Source: Oscillospiraceae bacterium (lineage in GTDB: Bacteria > Bacillota > Clostridia > Oscillospirales > CAG-272). Taken from it: a DNA stretch of 64,000 nt. Below the pieces are notes generated by a model. It was given only the letters and a program-made list of their open reading frames with translations. It ran no database searches and was not told where the DNA came from. Both the position numbers and the translations under genes were made by a program. Location of the stretch: NCBI GenBank assembly GCA_015064095.1, contig SVSW01000001.1, forward strand, positions 709 to 64,708. Direction: 5' to 3'. Numbering within the stretch: position 1 is the stretch's first letter; every line of letters begins with the position of its first letter. This document shows, in pieces, positions 46,868 to 55,768 of the stretch.

Positions 46868-47548
46868 TCATTGGGAGCTTTTTCTTACTCTGAAAACCTT
46901 TAAAGTATCGCCGCTGACCTTAAATTCTATTTCGTACCCTGCGAACGGGAAACCGTATTCGCGCTCGGGGTCGTCCTGATACGAGGGGCGCGGATCCTGT
47001 GCGAGCACTTCAATTAAAGCCTCGCGCTTATCCTCCGGGATAAGCTCTATCAGCTCACTCGGAAAATCCACGCAAATTCCGTATCCGACGAGCGCATCGG
47101 CAAAGCCGCCTGCGGCGTCCTCATGGCTATCGGTATACGCAAGATATGGCTTGATATCGTATATCGGCGTGCCGTCCTTCATGTCGGCTCCGCTGACGGT
47201 CAGCACTGTGCCGCCCTCCGTTTTCACATCGAGCAGGCGAAGCGATGAAAGCCCCAGCCCGTTCGGGCGGAAGGGCGAGCGCGTGGCAAAAACGCCCATT
47301 CTTTTATTGCCGCCGAGCCGCGGCGGTCGAACGGTGAGCGCACCGCGGTATTTTGCCTCGGAAAATCCCCAAATGACCCAAATGTGCGAAAAATCCGAAA
47401 GTCCCCGAACAGCCTCGGGAGCTGAAAATTCAGGCTCAAAAACGATCTTCGCCACAAGCTTATCCGATATTCCGCTTTGGCGCGGAACACCGAATTTTTC
47501 GCCGAAATCCGTTCTTATATATGCTATCGGTCTTATCTCTTTATTCAT
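46868..47548 (-). CDS. trmO: tRNA (t6A37-N6)-methyltransferase TrmO (TsaA/YaeB family)
   Basis: IRPIAYIRTDFGEKFGVPRQSG, SHIWVIWGF and RSPFRPNGLG. Start taken at MNKEIRP. Confidence 0.8.
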   Translation of the reverse strand: MNKEIRPIAYIRTDFGEKFGVPRQSGISDKLVAKIVFEPEFSAPEAVRGLSDFSHIWVIWGFSEAKYRGALTVRPPRLGGNKRMGVFATRSPFRPNGLGLSSLRLLDVKTEGGTVLTVSGADMKDGTPIYDIKPYLAYTDSHEDAAGGFADALVGYGICVDFPSELIELIPEDKREALIEVLAQDPRPSYQDDPEREYGFPFAGYEIEFKVSGDTLKVFRVRKSSQ

Positions 47549-48230
47549 CGTCCGTATCATACTTATAATCCGAGTTCTCAAAGATCGTCCCAAAATCCGA
47601 CGGATCGCCTCTCAAATTTTGCGGTTCTTTTTTTCCGACAATGAAAATAATGATCGCCTGAGCAAGACTTATCAGTATTGAAAGGACCAAAAAGACCGTT
47701 GCGTTTTCAGGTGAAAAGATCTTATAAATGCACCAAAGCGCCATAAACATATGCACCATATAAACGATCGTTACGACAGAGAGCGCAATATCCGCCACCG
47801 TAAGGAGCAGCGACAGTGCCTCAACGATACCGCTTAAAGCTCCAAAAGCCGTAAGTATAAAAATAAGCGCGTAAAGTATCGTCGTTGCAAAGAATAAAGC
47901 AACCACGGCAACCGTCTCCCGAAGCAGCTTTCTGCCGTATCCCGAAGGCGCTTTTCCGTTATTGTACATATCCGCAAGCTCACCTGTCGCTTTTTGGCTA
48001 AAAAAAGGCACCCACGCGTGCCACGGGCGCGCGTATCCAACCTTTTTCAGCATTCGCATAAGCCCGATGCTCTGCAATATATACGCCGCCACGGCAACGC
48101 AAAAAGCTATTATGTAAGCGGCGGTCACAGCGCCGATAAAAAAGGCAATAAATACGTCAAAATAACCCTCAACGGGACTAAATATATTATCGTATCCTTC
48201 CTGAGTGATCAATCCAAGTAAAAAGTTCAT
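47541..48230 (-). CDS. hypothetical polytopic membrane protein
   Basis: About 229 aa with 5 hydrophobic segments and an acidic C-terminus. Start taken at the ATG (48230) 7 nt after GGAG. The longer ORF-track N-terminus is a translation of the repeated RNA element. Confidence 0.55.
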   Translation of the reverse strand: MNFLLGLITQEGYDNIFSPVEGYFDVFIAFFIGAVTAAYIIAFCVAVAAYILQSIGLMRMLKKVGYARPWHAWVPFFSQKATGELADMYNNGKAPSGYGRKLLRETVAVVALFFATTILYALIFILTAFGALSGIVEALSLLLTVADIALSVVTIVYMVHMFMALWCIYKIFSPENATVFLVLSILISLAQAIIIFIVGKKEPQNLRGDPSDFGTIFENSDYKYDTDDE

Positions 48231-48395
48231 GGTAATCTCCATTCCGCCGCCGGGGCGGCGCGAAAAATAGTTTTGAAAATTCAAATGTGTTCGATTTGCG
48301 AACAAAAACGGGTTCGTGGCCCGTTTTTAATTTGAATTTGGCAGCGTGAACAGTAAATAATCTACATAGACATATAATCTTTCACGCTAATCTCC
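48231..48395 (-). ncRNA. conserved structured 5'-UTR element, copy 1 (family unknown)
   Basis: About 90% identical by eye to 57471-57634 over the core. On the minus-strand RNA I see:
- Hairpin AGCGUGAA...UUCACGCU.
- A three-way junction with P1 AAAUUCAAAU/AUUUGAAUUU, P2 AAAAACGGG/CCCGUUUUU and P3 GUUCG/CGAAC.
- A GC hairpin, then GGAGAUUA, then the ATG. Confidence 0.6.
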
Positions 48396-48405
48396 TTTCA
48401 AAATT

Positions 48406-48434
48406 ATTATACTATTCCGCTGTATTTTTGTCAA
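48406..48434 (-). promoter_or_regulatory. sigmaA-type promoter driving element copy 1
   Basis: Minus strand: TTGACA, 17-nt spacer, TATAAT. The predicted TSS falls at the 5' edge of the element. Confidence 0.6.
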
Positions 48435-48437
48435 TAC

Positions 48438-48466
48438 GAATAAAATGCTCAAAAACGGGAAGAATT
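48438..48466 (+). promoter_or_regulatory. possible sigmaF-type promoter for spoIIR
   Basis: GAATA, 14-nt spacer, GGGAAGAATT. This resembles the forespore consensus GYATA-N14/15-GGnnAnAHTR as I recall it. Weak call. Confidence 0.3.
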
Positions 48467-48485
48467 GATTAGAAAGGAGATCGAC

Positions 48486-49082
48486 ATGAAAAAAATTGCA
48501 ATACTTTGTACCGTTATACTCATATCTTTTTCCCTGCTTTGGGTGCTCCCCGTTCACGGCGAGGACAAGATATACGACAGCGTGATCCGCCTGCACGTGC
48601 TTGCAAACTCCGACAGTGAGGAAGATCAAAGCATCAAGCTTTCGGTTCGCGACGAGGTGGCAAAGCTTACGGACGAGCTGACAGAAGGCTGCACCGATAT
48701 TGATACGGCAGAAGCCGTACTTCGCGAAAACCTCGGCAAGATAGAGGAATGTGCCAAAAAAAAGCTTGATGAGCTTGGCTGCTCTCTGCCCGTTCGCGTT
48801 GAGCTCGGACGCGAGAACTATCCCACAAAAAGCTATGAAAGCATCTGCTTCCCGGCGGGCAATTACCGTTCATTGCGCGTGATGATCGGCGAAGCCGAGG
48901 GACAAAACTGGTGGTGCGTGCTGTTCCCTCAGCTGTGTCTTGGCGCGGCGAGCGCAAAGCAAGCCGAGAACGCTTTTATAGAGGTCGGATTCACGCCCGA
49001 GCAATATAAAATAATAACAAAGACCGATGAACCGCAGTACAAGCTCCGCTTCAAGATACTTGAAGCTCTCGGAGGAAAATAA
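48486..49082 (+). CDS. spoIIR: stage II sporulation protein R
   Basis: Signal peptide, then IRLHVLANSDSEEDQ and NWWCVLFPQLC, both hallmark SpoIIR motifs. ATG follows AAAGGAG. Confidence 0.85.
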   Translation: MKKIAILCTVILISFSLLWVLPVHGEDKIYDSVIRLHVLANSDSEEDQSIKLSVRDEVAKLTDELTEGCTDIDTAEAVLRENLGKIEECAKKKLDELGCSLPVRVELGRENYPTKSYESICFPAGNYRSLRVMIGEAEGQNWWCVLFPQLCLGAASAKQAENAFIEVGFTPEQYKIITKTDEPQYKLRFKILEALGGK

Positions 49083-49110
49083 AAAAGCAAGGCAAAGCCT
49101 TGCTTTTTTT
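49081..49110. terminator. bidirectional intrinsic terminator
   Basis: GCAAGGC-aaa-GCCTTGC flanked by an A-run and a T-run. Confidence 0.75.
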
Positions 49111-49900
49111 ATCCTACCGCATCGGATATGATGAACGGTTCTCCCTTTGTTTGTATCTTTGCCGCCGGCTTGGTTTTATCCGTGATGCCGAGTATCTCGC
49201 TGACAGTTACAAGCTGATATCCTTGCTTGACCAATTCCTCCGCCGCGCGTGCAAATATCTCATAAGAAGAAAGGTAAAGCTCATGCATGAGTATTATATC
49301 GCCGTCCTCGACGTTTTGGACTATATACCTAACCTTTTCTTCGATGAAATCCTCTGCTTCATCAACGTTTGAGGTCGCACCGCGCCAGTCCTCTGTGTCA
49401 AGGCTCCAGTTTACCGTGTGAAGCCCCATTCCCGCCGCAATATTGAGCTGTGACTGTGTTGCCGAGCCGCCGACGGGTCTGAAAAGTCTTACGTCCTTTC
49501 CCCACTCCTCCTCGATCGCGTTGACCGACTTTGTCAGCTGCTCGCGAGTTGCGCTGTCTGACATAGACGTGAAATTCGACGGGTGACTGAACGTATGCGT
49601 ACCGATCTCGCAGCCCTGCTCGGCAATTTTTTCATATGTTGATGCGCTCACGTAATCGTGGCGGTTAGCCACCTGAAAAAATGTGGCGCGTCCGCCGAGC
49701 GCTTCAAGCTTTGAAAGTATTTTATCTGTTACGACGGGGGTTGGCCCATCGTCAAACGTAAAAGCTATCCTCTTGCCCGTAACCGTGCCCGCAGGCTCAC
49801 TCGGAGCTTCACAGGCAAAAAGCGGACAAAGAAACAGCAGCGCGGCAAATGCGGCTGCCGCACGCAAAAAGATCCTTTTTTTCACTATTCTCTCCCCCAA
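49109..49900 (-). CDS. polysaccharide deacetylase family protein (CE4; sporulation PdaA/PdaB-like)
   Basis: Signal/lipoprotein-like N-terminus, NodB motifs FTFDDGP and HTFSHP, LFRPVGG. Confidence 0.8.
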   Translation of the reverse strand: MGERIVKKRIFLRAAAAFAALLFLCPLFACEAPSEPAGTVTGKRIAFTFDDGPTPVVTDKILSKLEALGGRATFFQVANRHDYVSASTYEKIAEQGCEIGTHTFSHPSNFTSMSDSATREQLTKSVNAIEEEWGKDVRLFRPVGGSATQSQLNIAAGMGLHTVNWSLDTEDWRGATSNVDEAEDFIEEKVRYIVQNVEDGDIILMHELYLSSYEIFARAAEELVKQGYQLVTVSEILGITDKTKPAAKIQTKGEPFIISDAVG

Positions 49901-49905
49901 GAAAA

Positions 49906-50385
49906 TTATTTGTGATATTTGCCCCCCGTGCTTATGTTCATTGCACGGTACAGCTGCTCGAGCAGCATAACGCGCGCAAGCTGGTGCGGGAACGTCATTT
50001 TCGAGAACGAAAGCCTAAGGTCGCTTTTCGCCTTAAGCTGCGCCGAAAGCCCGTACGAGCTGCCGATGACAAGACATAAATTCCCCGTTCTCATTCTCAC
50101 GTCATCAATAAATGCCGAAAAATCCTCGGACGAACACTCCTTGCCCTCTATGCAAAGTGTGACGAGCGTTGATTTTTGCGGTATTTCAGCCGAAATTTTT
50201 GCGCCCTCGGCAGAAAGTGCCGCGGCGATCTCGGATTCTGACGGCTTATCGGGCAATTTTGCTTCCCGAAGCTCCGTGAGCGTTAATTCACAGTATGCGC
50301 CGAGGCGCTTTTTATACTCTGCGACGGCGGCGCGCAAATAATCCTCTTTGAGCGACCCGACCGCTATTATTTTCACCTTTAACAT
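49906..50385 (-). CDS. rlmH: 23S rRNA (pseudouridine1915-N3)-methyltransferase
   Basis: 159 aa SPOUT protein. MLKVKIIAVG and C-terminal FPHQLARVMLLEQLYRA. The start overlaps the upstream stop (TGATG). Confidence 0.9.
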   Translation of the reverse strand: MLKVKIIAVGSLKEDYLRAAVAEYKKRLGAYCELTLTELREAKLPDKPSESEIAAALSAEGAKISAEIPQKSTLVTLCIEGKECSSEDFSAFIDDVRMRTGNLCLVIGSSYGLSAQLKAKSDLRLSFSKMTFPHQLARVMLLEQLYRAMNISTGGKYHK

Positions 50386-51161
50386 CAGATTATCACCGTT
50401 TCCGAGTCGGGACACGCGGCAAAAAGGCTAATGCCCTCAAACCCTAAAAGTGCCGACCCAACCGTTTTTGTAGCCATCTCGGGCGTGTTGTTCTCCTCGC
50501 TTAAATGCCCGAGCGCAAACCTTTTCGTGCCGCTTTTTGCAAGCTCTGATGCAAGCGCGGCGCAATCCTTGTTTGAAAGATGACCCGTGCGCGAAAGTAT
50601 CCTCTTTTTAAGCTCGGGCGGATAAGGCCCCGTCAACAGCATCTCCTCATCGTGATTCGATTCGATAAGCACCGCGTCGCAGCCGAGAAGGCCGTTTTTC
50701 ATATCATCGGTGACATATCCCGTATCCGTTGCTATCCCAAACAAAAAATCTCCAACCTGCACGCGATATCCAACGCTCATTGCACTGTCGTGGCTCGTGC
50801 AAAACGAGCTGACAGAGATCCCGTCAAGCTCCACCGAAAACCTCGGTGGGTGCACGACCGTATGCTGCCAAAGCGGCGAGTCCTTTTGTATATTCGCCCG
50901 CTTTGCCGACATCTCCGTCATATGCACGGGGATCGGGTGCTTTTTTTCAAGCACAGTAAGTGCGCTTATATGATCTGTGTGCTCATGCGTTATAAATATC
51001 GCATCTATCTTGTCAACATCAAGCCCAACGCGTTCGATCGCGGCAGTAAGGCTTCTTGCGCTTTTGCCTGCGTCTATGAGAATTGTGCTGGTTTTGGTCG
51101 AAACAAGAGTTGCGTTGCCTCCCGAGCCCGAATACAGAGAAATTATGCGAAGCCCCGTCAT
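50385..51161 (-). CDS. MBL-fold metallo-hydrolase (YycJ/WalJ-like)
   Basis: HxHxDH motif THEHTDHI and GHLSN. Start taken at MTGLRII, which overlaps the upstream stop (ATGA). Confidence 0.8.
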   Translation of the reverse strand: MTGLRIISLYSGSGGNATLVSTKTSTILIDAGKSARSLTAAIERVGLDVDKIDAIFITHEHTDHISALTVLEKKHPIPVHMTEMSAKRANIQKDSPLWQHTVVHPPRFSVELDGISVSSFCTSHDSAMSVGYRVQVGDFLFGIATDTGYVTDDMKNGLLGCDAVLIESNHDEEMLLTGPYPPELKKRILSRTGHLSNKDCAALASELAKSGTKRFALGHLSEENNTPEMATKTVGSALLGFEGISLFAACPDSETVII

Positions 51162-51535
51162 GAAGCAATACCCAAAAGCTCGGCAAAAAACGGCAGCACG
51201 AAAATATCCATAAGCTCGTAAACGTATATGAGTATCAATGGAATTATAACGGTAACGACCCATTTTGAGCGCTCAAGCCGACGCTTGCCGTCCTCAATAT
51301 ATGCGGTCTTTTCTTCCGCGCTCATAGTGTTCGGCAAATCCTCGCACTTTAAATTTTTTCTTGTAAAGCCACGATTGTATATGACGTATAAAAAAGCCAC
51401 GGCAGCGGTGACGGCCGTATAGCCTATCAGCGTTGCAAGCGGGAAAAATCTTATAAGTATCAAATACGCAAGAAGCAAAATAACGGTGTTGACAAAAAGC
51501 ATTATTACGTACTTTTTGTTAAGTCCATTTTTCAT
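51158..51535 (-). CDS. hypothetical membrane protein
   Basis: About 125 aa with three hydrophobic segments. Translationally coupled on both sides (ATGA overlaps). Confidence 0.5.
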   Translation of the reverse strand: MKNGLNKKYVIMLFVNTVILLLAYLILIRFFPLATLIGYTAVTAAVAFLYVIYNRGFTRKNLKCEDLPNTMSAEEKTAYIEDGKRRLERSKWVVTVIIPLILIYVYELMDIFVLPFFAELLGIAS

Positions 51536-52812
51536 ACTATCTTCGTTGCTCCTATCGGTCGAATACAAAGCGGGATCGATGATCCGGCACCGAAAACTCC
51601 GTCCATAAGCGCGCAAAAGCCCTTGACCTCAGCCGCAGGGACATATGCCTGTATAGTTCCGGCAAATCCGCCTCCGTGAACACGGTATGCACCGCCGAGC
51701 TTCTGAAGATACCGCTCGGCAAGATTGAGCGCGAGCGAAAGCCCCTGCTCTTTTACGTTGACCGTGGTATAAACGTTCTGCAAATAGCAAAAGCTTGAGC
51801 GTCCCGAGGCAATAACTCCATCAAAATAGCGGCGAAGATCTCCCGAACGAAGTGCATCACCCTGGCTCTTGACGCGGCGATTCTCGGCGAAGAAATGGAG
51901 TGCGCGAAGCACCGCACGGTCGCCAAACTCGGTGCGAAGATCCATAATATTGTCAAGCACGTCTTCTTCCTTTACGTCACGGAGCACTTCTTTTCCGAAT
52001 TTTTTTGCTATCGCCTTCATCTCGGCGGGGACGGCAGCATAATCGGGCGTAAGGTCTGCGTGGTTACCGCCCGTGTCAACTATGCAAAGCCTGTATCCTG
52101 CACCCGTGATATCAAAATCGAGCTTTTCTATAACGGGCGCTTTCGGGTCGTTAAAATCGATCGAAACGATACCTCCGACAGCGCAGGCGACCTGGTCCAT
52201 AAGCCCGCAGGGCTTGCCGAAAAACTTGTTTTCCGCAAGCTGGGCGAGCTTTGCTATCTCAACATTGTCGACCGAGCCGTGGTTATAAAGATGATTTAAA
52301 ATATTTCCGATCATGTCCTCAAATGCAGCCGAAGACGAAAGTCCCGAGCCCTTTAAAACGTTTGAGGTAGTGCAAGCGTCAAATCCGCCGACGCGCAGGC
52401 CGAGGCTGCGAAATCCCGCAACCATGCCTGCGATAAGAGATGCGGAGCTGCCAAAGCGGCTCTTATCGGGCTCGGTGTAAAGAGAGATGTCCACCGTATC
52501 CTCCGGGAAGCCCTCACTCTTTATTCTGATAATTCCGTCATCGCGGGGTGATGCGACGGCGATAATATCAAGGTCTATTGATGCGGCTATAACGCGGCCG
52601 TGATTGTGGTCCGTATGATTTCCCGAAAGCTCGCTTCTACCGGGTACGGAATAAACAGAGATATCCCTGCCCTCTCCGTACGTATTTTCAAATGTATCTA
52701 TCAGCGAGATTATTCGCTCGGTGCGCTCAGCCTTGGCGTCTTTGTATATAGCCTCAAGCTTTTTTTCGGCAGTGGGGTCGGAAAGTGAGCTTATAAGCAT
52801 TTTCTTTTTCAT
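51532..52812 (-). CDS. galK: galactokinase (GHMP kinase family)
   Basis: GRSELSGNHTDHNHG (galactokinase signature-like) and the GHMP ATP motif GSGLSSSAAFE. Confidence 0.8.
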   Translation of the reverse strand: MKKKMLISSLSDPTAEKKLEAIYKDAKAERTERIISLIDTFENTYGEGRDISVYSVPGRSELSGNHTDHNHGRVIAASIDLDIIAVASPRDDGIIRIKSEGFPEDTVDISLYTEPDKSRFGSSASLIAGMVAGFRSLGLRVGGFDACTTSNVLKGSGLSSSAAFEDMIGNILNHLYNHGSVDNVEIAKLAQLAENKFFGKPCGLMDQVACAVGGIVSIDFNDPKAPVIEKLDFDITGAGYRLCIVDTGGNHADLTPDYAAVPAEMKAIAKKFGKEVLRDVKEEDVLDNIMDLRTEFGDRAVLRALHFFAENRRVKSQGDALRSGDLRRYFDGVIASGRSSFCYLQNVYTTVNVKEQGLSLALNLAERYLQKLGGAYRVHGGGFAGTIQAYVPAAEVKGFCALMDGVFGAGSSIPLCIRPIGATKIV

Positions 52813-52928
52813 ATTGCCCTCCGCAGTAACAGAATAATTTTATATATTATATCATTTTTCCGCCCCCGTGGCAAGAGATTTTTCGAACATCTTGCAAAAA
52901 TCCGAAACTTATGGTATAATTTTTTCGG

Positions 52929-53588
52929 GTGGTGATTCATACGAAAAATAATGTATTTAAAAATACGACCGATGCGGCTGCCGTGCTCGGCATCGTTTGT
53001 TCCGCTTTCTTTTTGCTGGTTGCATACAGCTCCTTTGAGCCGACAGATAAGATCCCAAAGTTTTTCGATGATTCCCAAAATGCCGTATATATCGGTATCC
53101 TCGGCGCATTTGCGCTTTCACTTCTCGCAAATATATTTTCGCGCAGCGTGCCGTTTTTCGGGCTCGCGGCGGCGCTTGTTCCGCTTTGGTATCTTTTAAA
53201 CTGCATGAAAGCCGCTATGCTGACCGGTGAAAACCCCATGCTCTATGTTCTTCTCGCCCTCGTTCACCTTGCGGGCGCTCTGATATACACCTTGCAGTGG
53301 CTCATGCACGAGGATCTGAACAGAAGGAAAGCCGTGCTTTGCAGTGTTTCGGCATTACTTACGGTCTTGCTTTATTTTGCCGTTTACGCACTCGTTTTTT
53401 GGGACGCAAAATACGGTGAACCTCTTTCTTATCTGCGAGTTGGGCTTGCGGCCTCGGCTATCTTATCCTCTCTTTGCGCGGTGTTCTTTTACAGACCCCT
53501 CGCGGGCAAAAAAGAAAGAGCCGCCGGTATATGCGTCACCGTTGGCTTCGCACTTTCTCTTGCGGCTCTCATATTCGAATTTATCTGA
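52929..53588 (+). CDS. hypothetical polytopic membrane protein
   Basis: 219 aa with about 6 hydrophobic segments. GTG start downstream of TTGCAA-17-TATAAT. Confidence 0.5.
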   Translation: MVIHTKNNVFKNTTDAAAVLGIVCSAFFLLVAYSSFEPTDKIPKFFDDSQNAVYIGILGAFALSLLANIFSRSVPFFGLAAALVPLWYLLNCMKAAMLTGENPMLYVLLALVHLAGALIYTLQWLMHEDLNRRKAVLCSVSALLTVLLYFAVYALVFWDAKYGEPLSYLRVGLAASAILSSLCAVFFYRPLAGKKERAAGICVTVGFALSLAALIFEFI

Positions 53589-54068
53589 TCAAATTATCGA
53601 GATATGCACGCGGTTTCGCTCAGCTCCCGCGCCGCGTATTTCCAGCATATAATCAAGCACTATAAAACCGTCTGTCAAAAGGCGGTTTTTTACTTCCTTT
53701 GCGTGCACTCCCATCTCAAACGTCATAATGGGCGTGTTATAAACACAGATGTGGCGTTTTCCGCTCTCGAAAACGAACGAGGTGGCAAATCCGCCGCTGC
53801 GCTCCATCGTTACGACCTGCGGTTGATCGTCAAAAAACCATATCTCGGTGGCAGCGCCCTCCATGCCGGAGAGCTCGCTTTCGTTATACCGAATATATGT
53901 CTTCCCTGCGGCGCGAAGCAGCGTAGCTTCCGTCGTCATTTCCGTGTGCTCGTGCTCGACCTCTTTTTTGTCGACCGCTTGCGGTCCTTTTTCGAGCGCA
54001 TCGAGCAGCGGCGCGGTATTATCGTATCTGTCCGAAATTATTTTGAGCTTTATTTCTTTCTTTTCCAA
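53589..54068 (-). CDS. DUF1934-family beta-barrel protein (YwiB-like)
   Basis: The pattern KIISDRYDN...TYIRYNE...TEIWFFDD...MERSG...LDYMLEI is typical of DUF1934. Start taken at the TTG at 54068, 7 nt after GGAG, because a consensus promoter lies inside the longer ORF. Confidence 0.65.
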   Translation of the reverse strand: MEKKEIKLKIISDRYDNTAPLLDALEKGPQAVDKKEVEHEHTEMTTEATLLRAAGKTYIRYNESELSGMEGAATEIWFFDDQPQVVTMERSGGFATSFVFESGKRHICVYNTPIMTFEMGVHAKEVKNRLLTDGFIVLDYMLEIRGAGAERNRVHISII

Positions 54069-54098
54069 AATTCTTCTCCGAAAAACGTACTGAAAAGT

Positions 54099-54127
54099 AT
54101 TATACATTTTTAATCTCATTTTGTCAA
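54099..54127 (-). promoter_or_regulatory. sigmaA-type promoter for the DUF1934 gene
   Basis: Minus strand: TTGACA, 17-nt spacer, TATAAT. Confidence 0.6.
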
Positions 54128-54129
54128 TC

Positions 54130-54157
54130 AAAAAACACCCCGAAGGGTGTTTTTTTA
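54130..54157 (-). terminator. intrinsic terminator of the spoIIIA operon
   Basis: ACACCC-uucg-GGGUGU followed by UUUUUU. The A-run overlaps the spoIIIAH stop codon. Confidence 0.75.
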
Positions 54158-54733
54158 TTTGCAAATGATCTTTACGTTAACGGGCTCGATGCCGGACTGA
54201 ACATAGACTATCTCATTAATCTGAGAAAGCTGAGCCGGTGTCAGCTCGCCGTCCCAAGACACGATAATGCTCGCATCGTCCTCATTGACGACTGCAACGC
54301 ATTTTTCAAATCCTTTGGCAACAACGAGAGTTTCGATATTCGTCTCGTTTTCCATGTTCTTTGCAAGCTTTGTCATATCCGTGTACGCCGCCGCCTTTGC
54401 TTCGGCCGATGCCGCCTCGTCGTCGACAACGCTTTGGAGCACTTCAAGCGCCTCATCACGAGCCTGATTGCGACTGACCTGTGCCGACGTATACCAATCC
54501 GTCGTCTCTGTGCCGCCGTTCACCTCGCCGCTGCCCGTGTAGGAATTATCCATGCCGTTGCTTTCGTTGTATCCGCCGTAGCCTCCGCCGCTTGTGTTTG
54601 CGATGACCGCCCAGTTGATCCATACCGCCGCGCCGACAAGCACAACTGCAAGTGCGATGATAAGATTGCGCTTTCCGATCTTGTCGAAAACGCCTTTGAT
54701 CTTGTCGATCGGTTTCTTTTTCTCGATAACCAT
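54155..54733 (-). CDS. spoIIIAH: stage III sporulation protein AH
   Basis: N-terminal TM anchor, SRNQARDEALEVLQ region and C-terminal YscJ/FliF-like domain. Last gene of the spoIIIA cluster. Confidence 0.75.
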   Translation of the reverse strand: MVIEKKKPIDKIKGVFDKIGKRNLIIALAVVLVGAAVWINWAVIANTSGGGYGGYNESNGMDNSYTGSGEVNGGTETTDWYTSAQVSRNQARDEALEVLQSVVDDEAASAEAKAAAYTDMTKLAKNMENETNIETLVVAKGFEKCVAVVNEDDASIIVSWDGELTPAQLSQINEIVYVQSGIEPVNVKIICK

Positions 54734-54805
54734 ATCTTTTCCTCCGAAAAAATTTCTTTACGCTATATGTATATTTGACGGCAGGCGCTTTTATGCCGCT
54801 TTTTT

Positions 54806-55279
54806 CTATTTTTTACCTTCCGTGATGAAAATGCGATTTGAGCCGACCCCGTATGCGGCGGACACAAGCGAGATCAGTCGGTTTTTTATGTTTTCGTCGC
54901 CGCCGCCCGTGCAAACGATCCCAACACCTGCGATCTTCGGTGTCTCGCGGCGCAATATAACAGCCGACGCAGAGCTGCCTGAGCCGACGGTCACGGGCTT
55001 TCCCTTTTCGTCCGTTGCGTATACGTATTCAAATCCGCCCTCAAGCGTGACGGCGACCGTCACATTCGAAACACCGCGTACGCTTGAACAAAGCTCCTTT
55101 ATCCGCCCTTCAAGCTCGCGCTCGTATTTTTCTATTTCCGAAAGCTCCGAAGAACCACCCGCCGATCTTTCGCCGCCGCCCGAAAAGAGGAGCAGCCCAA
55201 GGCCAAGCGCAAGCACGGCGGCGATAAGAAGCCAGCGCGCTGTCGGCGACATCTTTCCGAAAAAATCCTTTACGTTCAA
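54806..55279 (-). CDS. spoIIIAG: stage III sporulation protein AG
   Basis: 157 aa with a TM anchor. ELEGRIKELCSSVRGVSNVTVAVTL...VGIVCTGGGD matches the SpoIIIAG pattern. Confidence 0.8.
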   Translation of the reverse strand: MNVKDFFGKMSPTARWLLIAAVLALGLGLLLFSGGGERSAGGSSELSEIEKYERELEGRIKELCSSVRGVSNVTVAVTLEGGFEYVYATDEKGKPVTVGSGSSASAVILRRETPKIAGVGIVCTGGGDENIKNRLISLVSAAYGVGSNRIFITEGKK

Positions 55280-55290
55280 ATTTTACCCCC

Positions 55291-55767
55291 TTAATAATAC
55301 GTATCACAATCAACACCGACAAGCGAGGTCACGAACTCCTCGATATCATAGGGATTGCAGAAAACGGCCGCTCCGTGCAGCCCGATCGCAACGCGCCTGA
55401 CGGAAAATTCTCCCCCGTCCGCGAGCGCTTCGACCGAAACCGATATATTGTTTTCATCGATCGAAAAATTTTCACATATAAGCTCGGTCAGCTTTTTTTC
55501 AAGCTCCTTTTGCCCAAGCTCGGTAAGTATTCCGTAATATTCGTCCTCCGCACCAAGCTGCGGTGTGCTTTCAAGTATTGGATCAAAGATGCCCGAAAGA
55601 TCCCCGTCGCACGATGCGCCCGAAAGCGGGGCGGCAAGCGCCGAGATCACGCAAAGCGCCGCCAGCATTTTTACTGCCTTCGAATTTGAGCTGCCCTCGG
55701 GCAAAAAAAGCGATACGATCCCTGCGATCAGGGACGCGCCTATAAGAGAAATTATATATTCTTTCAT
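55291..55767 (-). CDS. spoIIIAF: stage III sporulation protein AF
   Basis: About 158 aa with two N-terminal TM segments. Assigned from position in the operon. Start taken at MKEYII. Confidence 0.7.
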   Translation of the reverse strand: MKEYIISLIGASLIAGIVSLFLPEGSSNSKAVKMLAALCVISALAAPLSGASCDGDLSGIFDPILESTPQLGAEDEYYGILTELGQKELEKKLTELICENFSIDENNISVSVEALADGGEFSVRRVAIGLHGAAVFCNPYDIEEFVTSLVGVDCDTYY

Positions 55768-55768
55768 T

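Noticed and set aside
54069-54164. Longer N-terminus of the DUF1934 ORF (MQIKKHPSG...)
   Set aside because: A consensus TTGACA-17-TATAAT promoter and the spoIIIA terminator lie inside this stretch. A TTG with a good RBS at 54068 fits the family's usual N-terminus.
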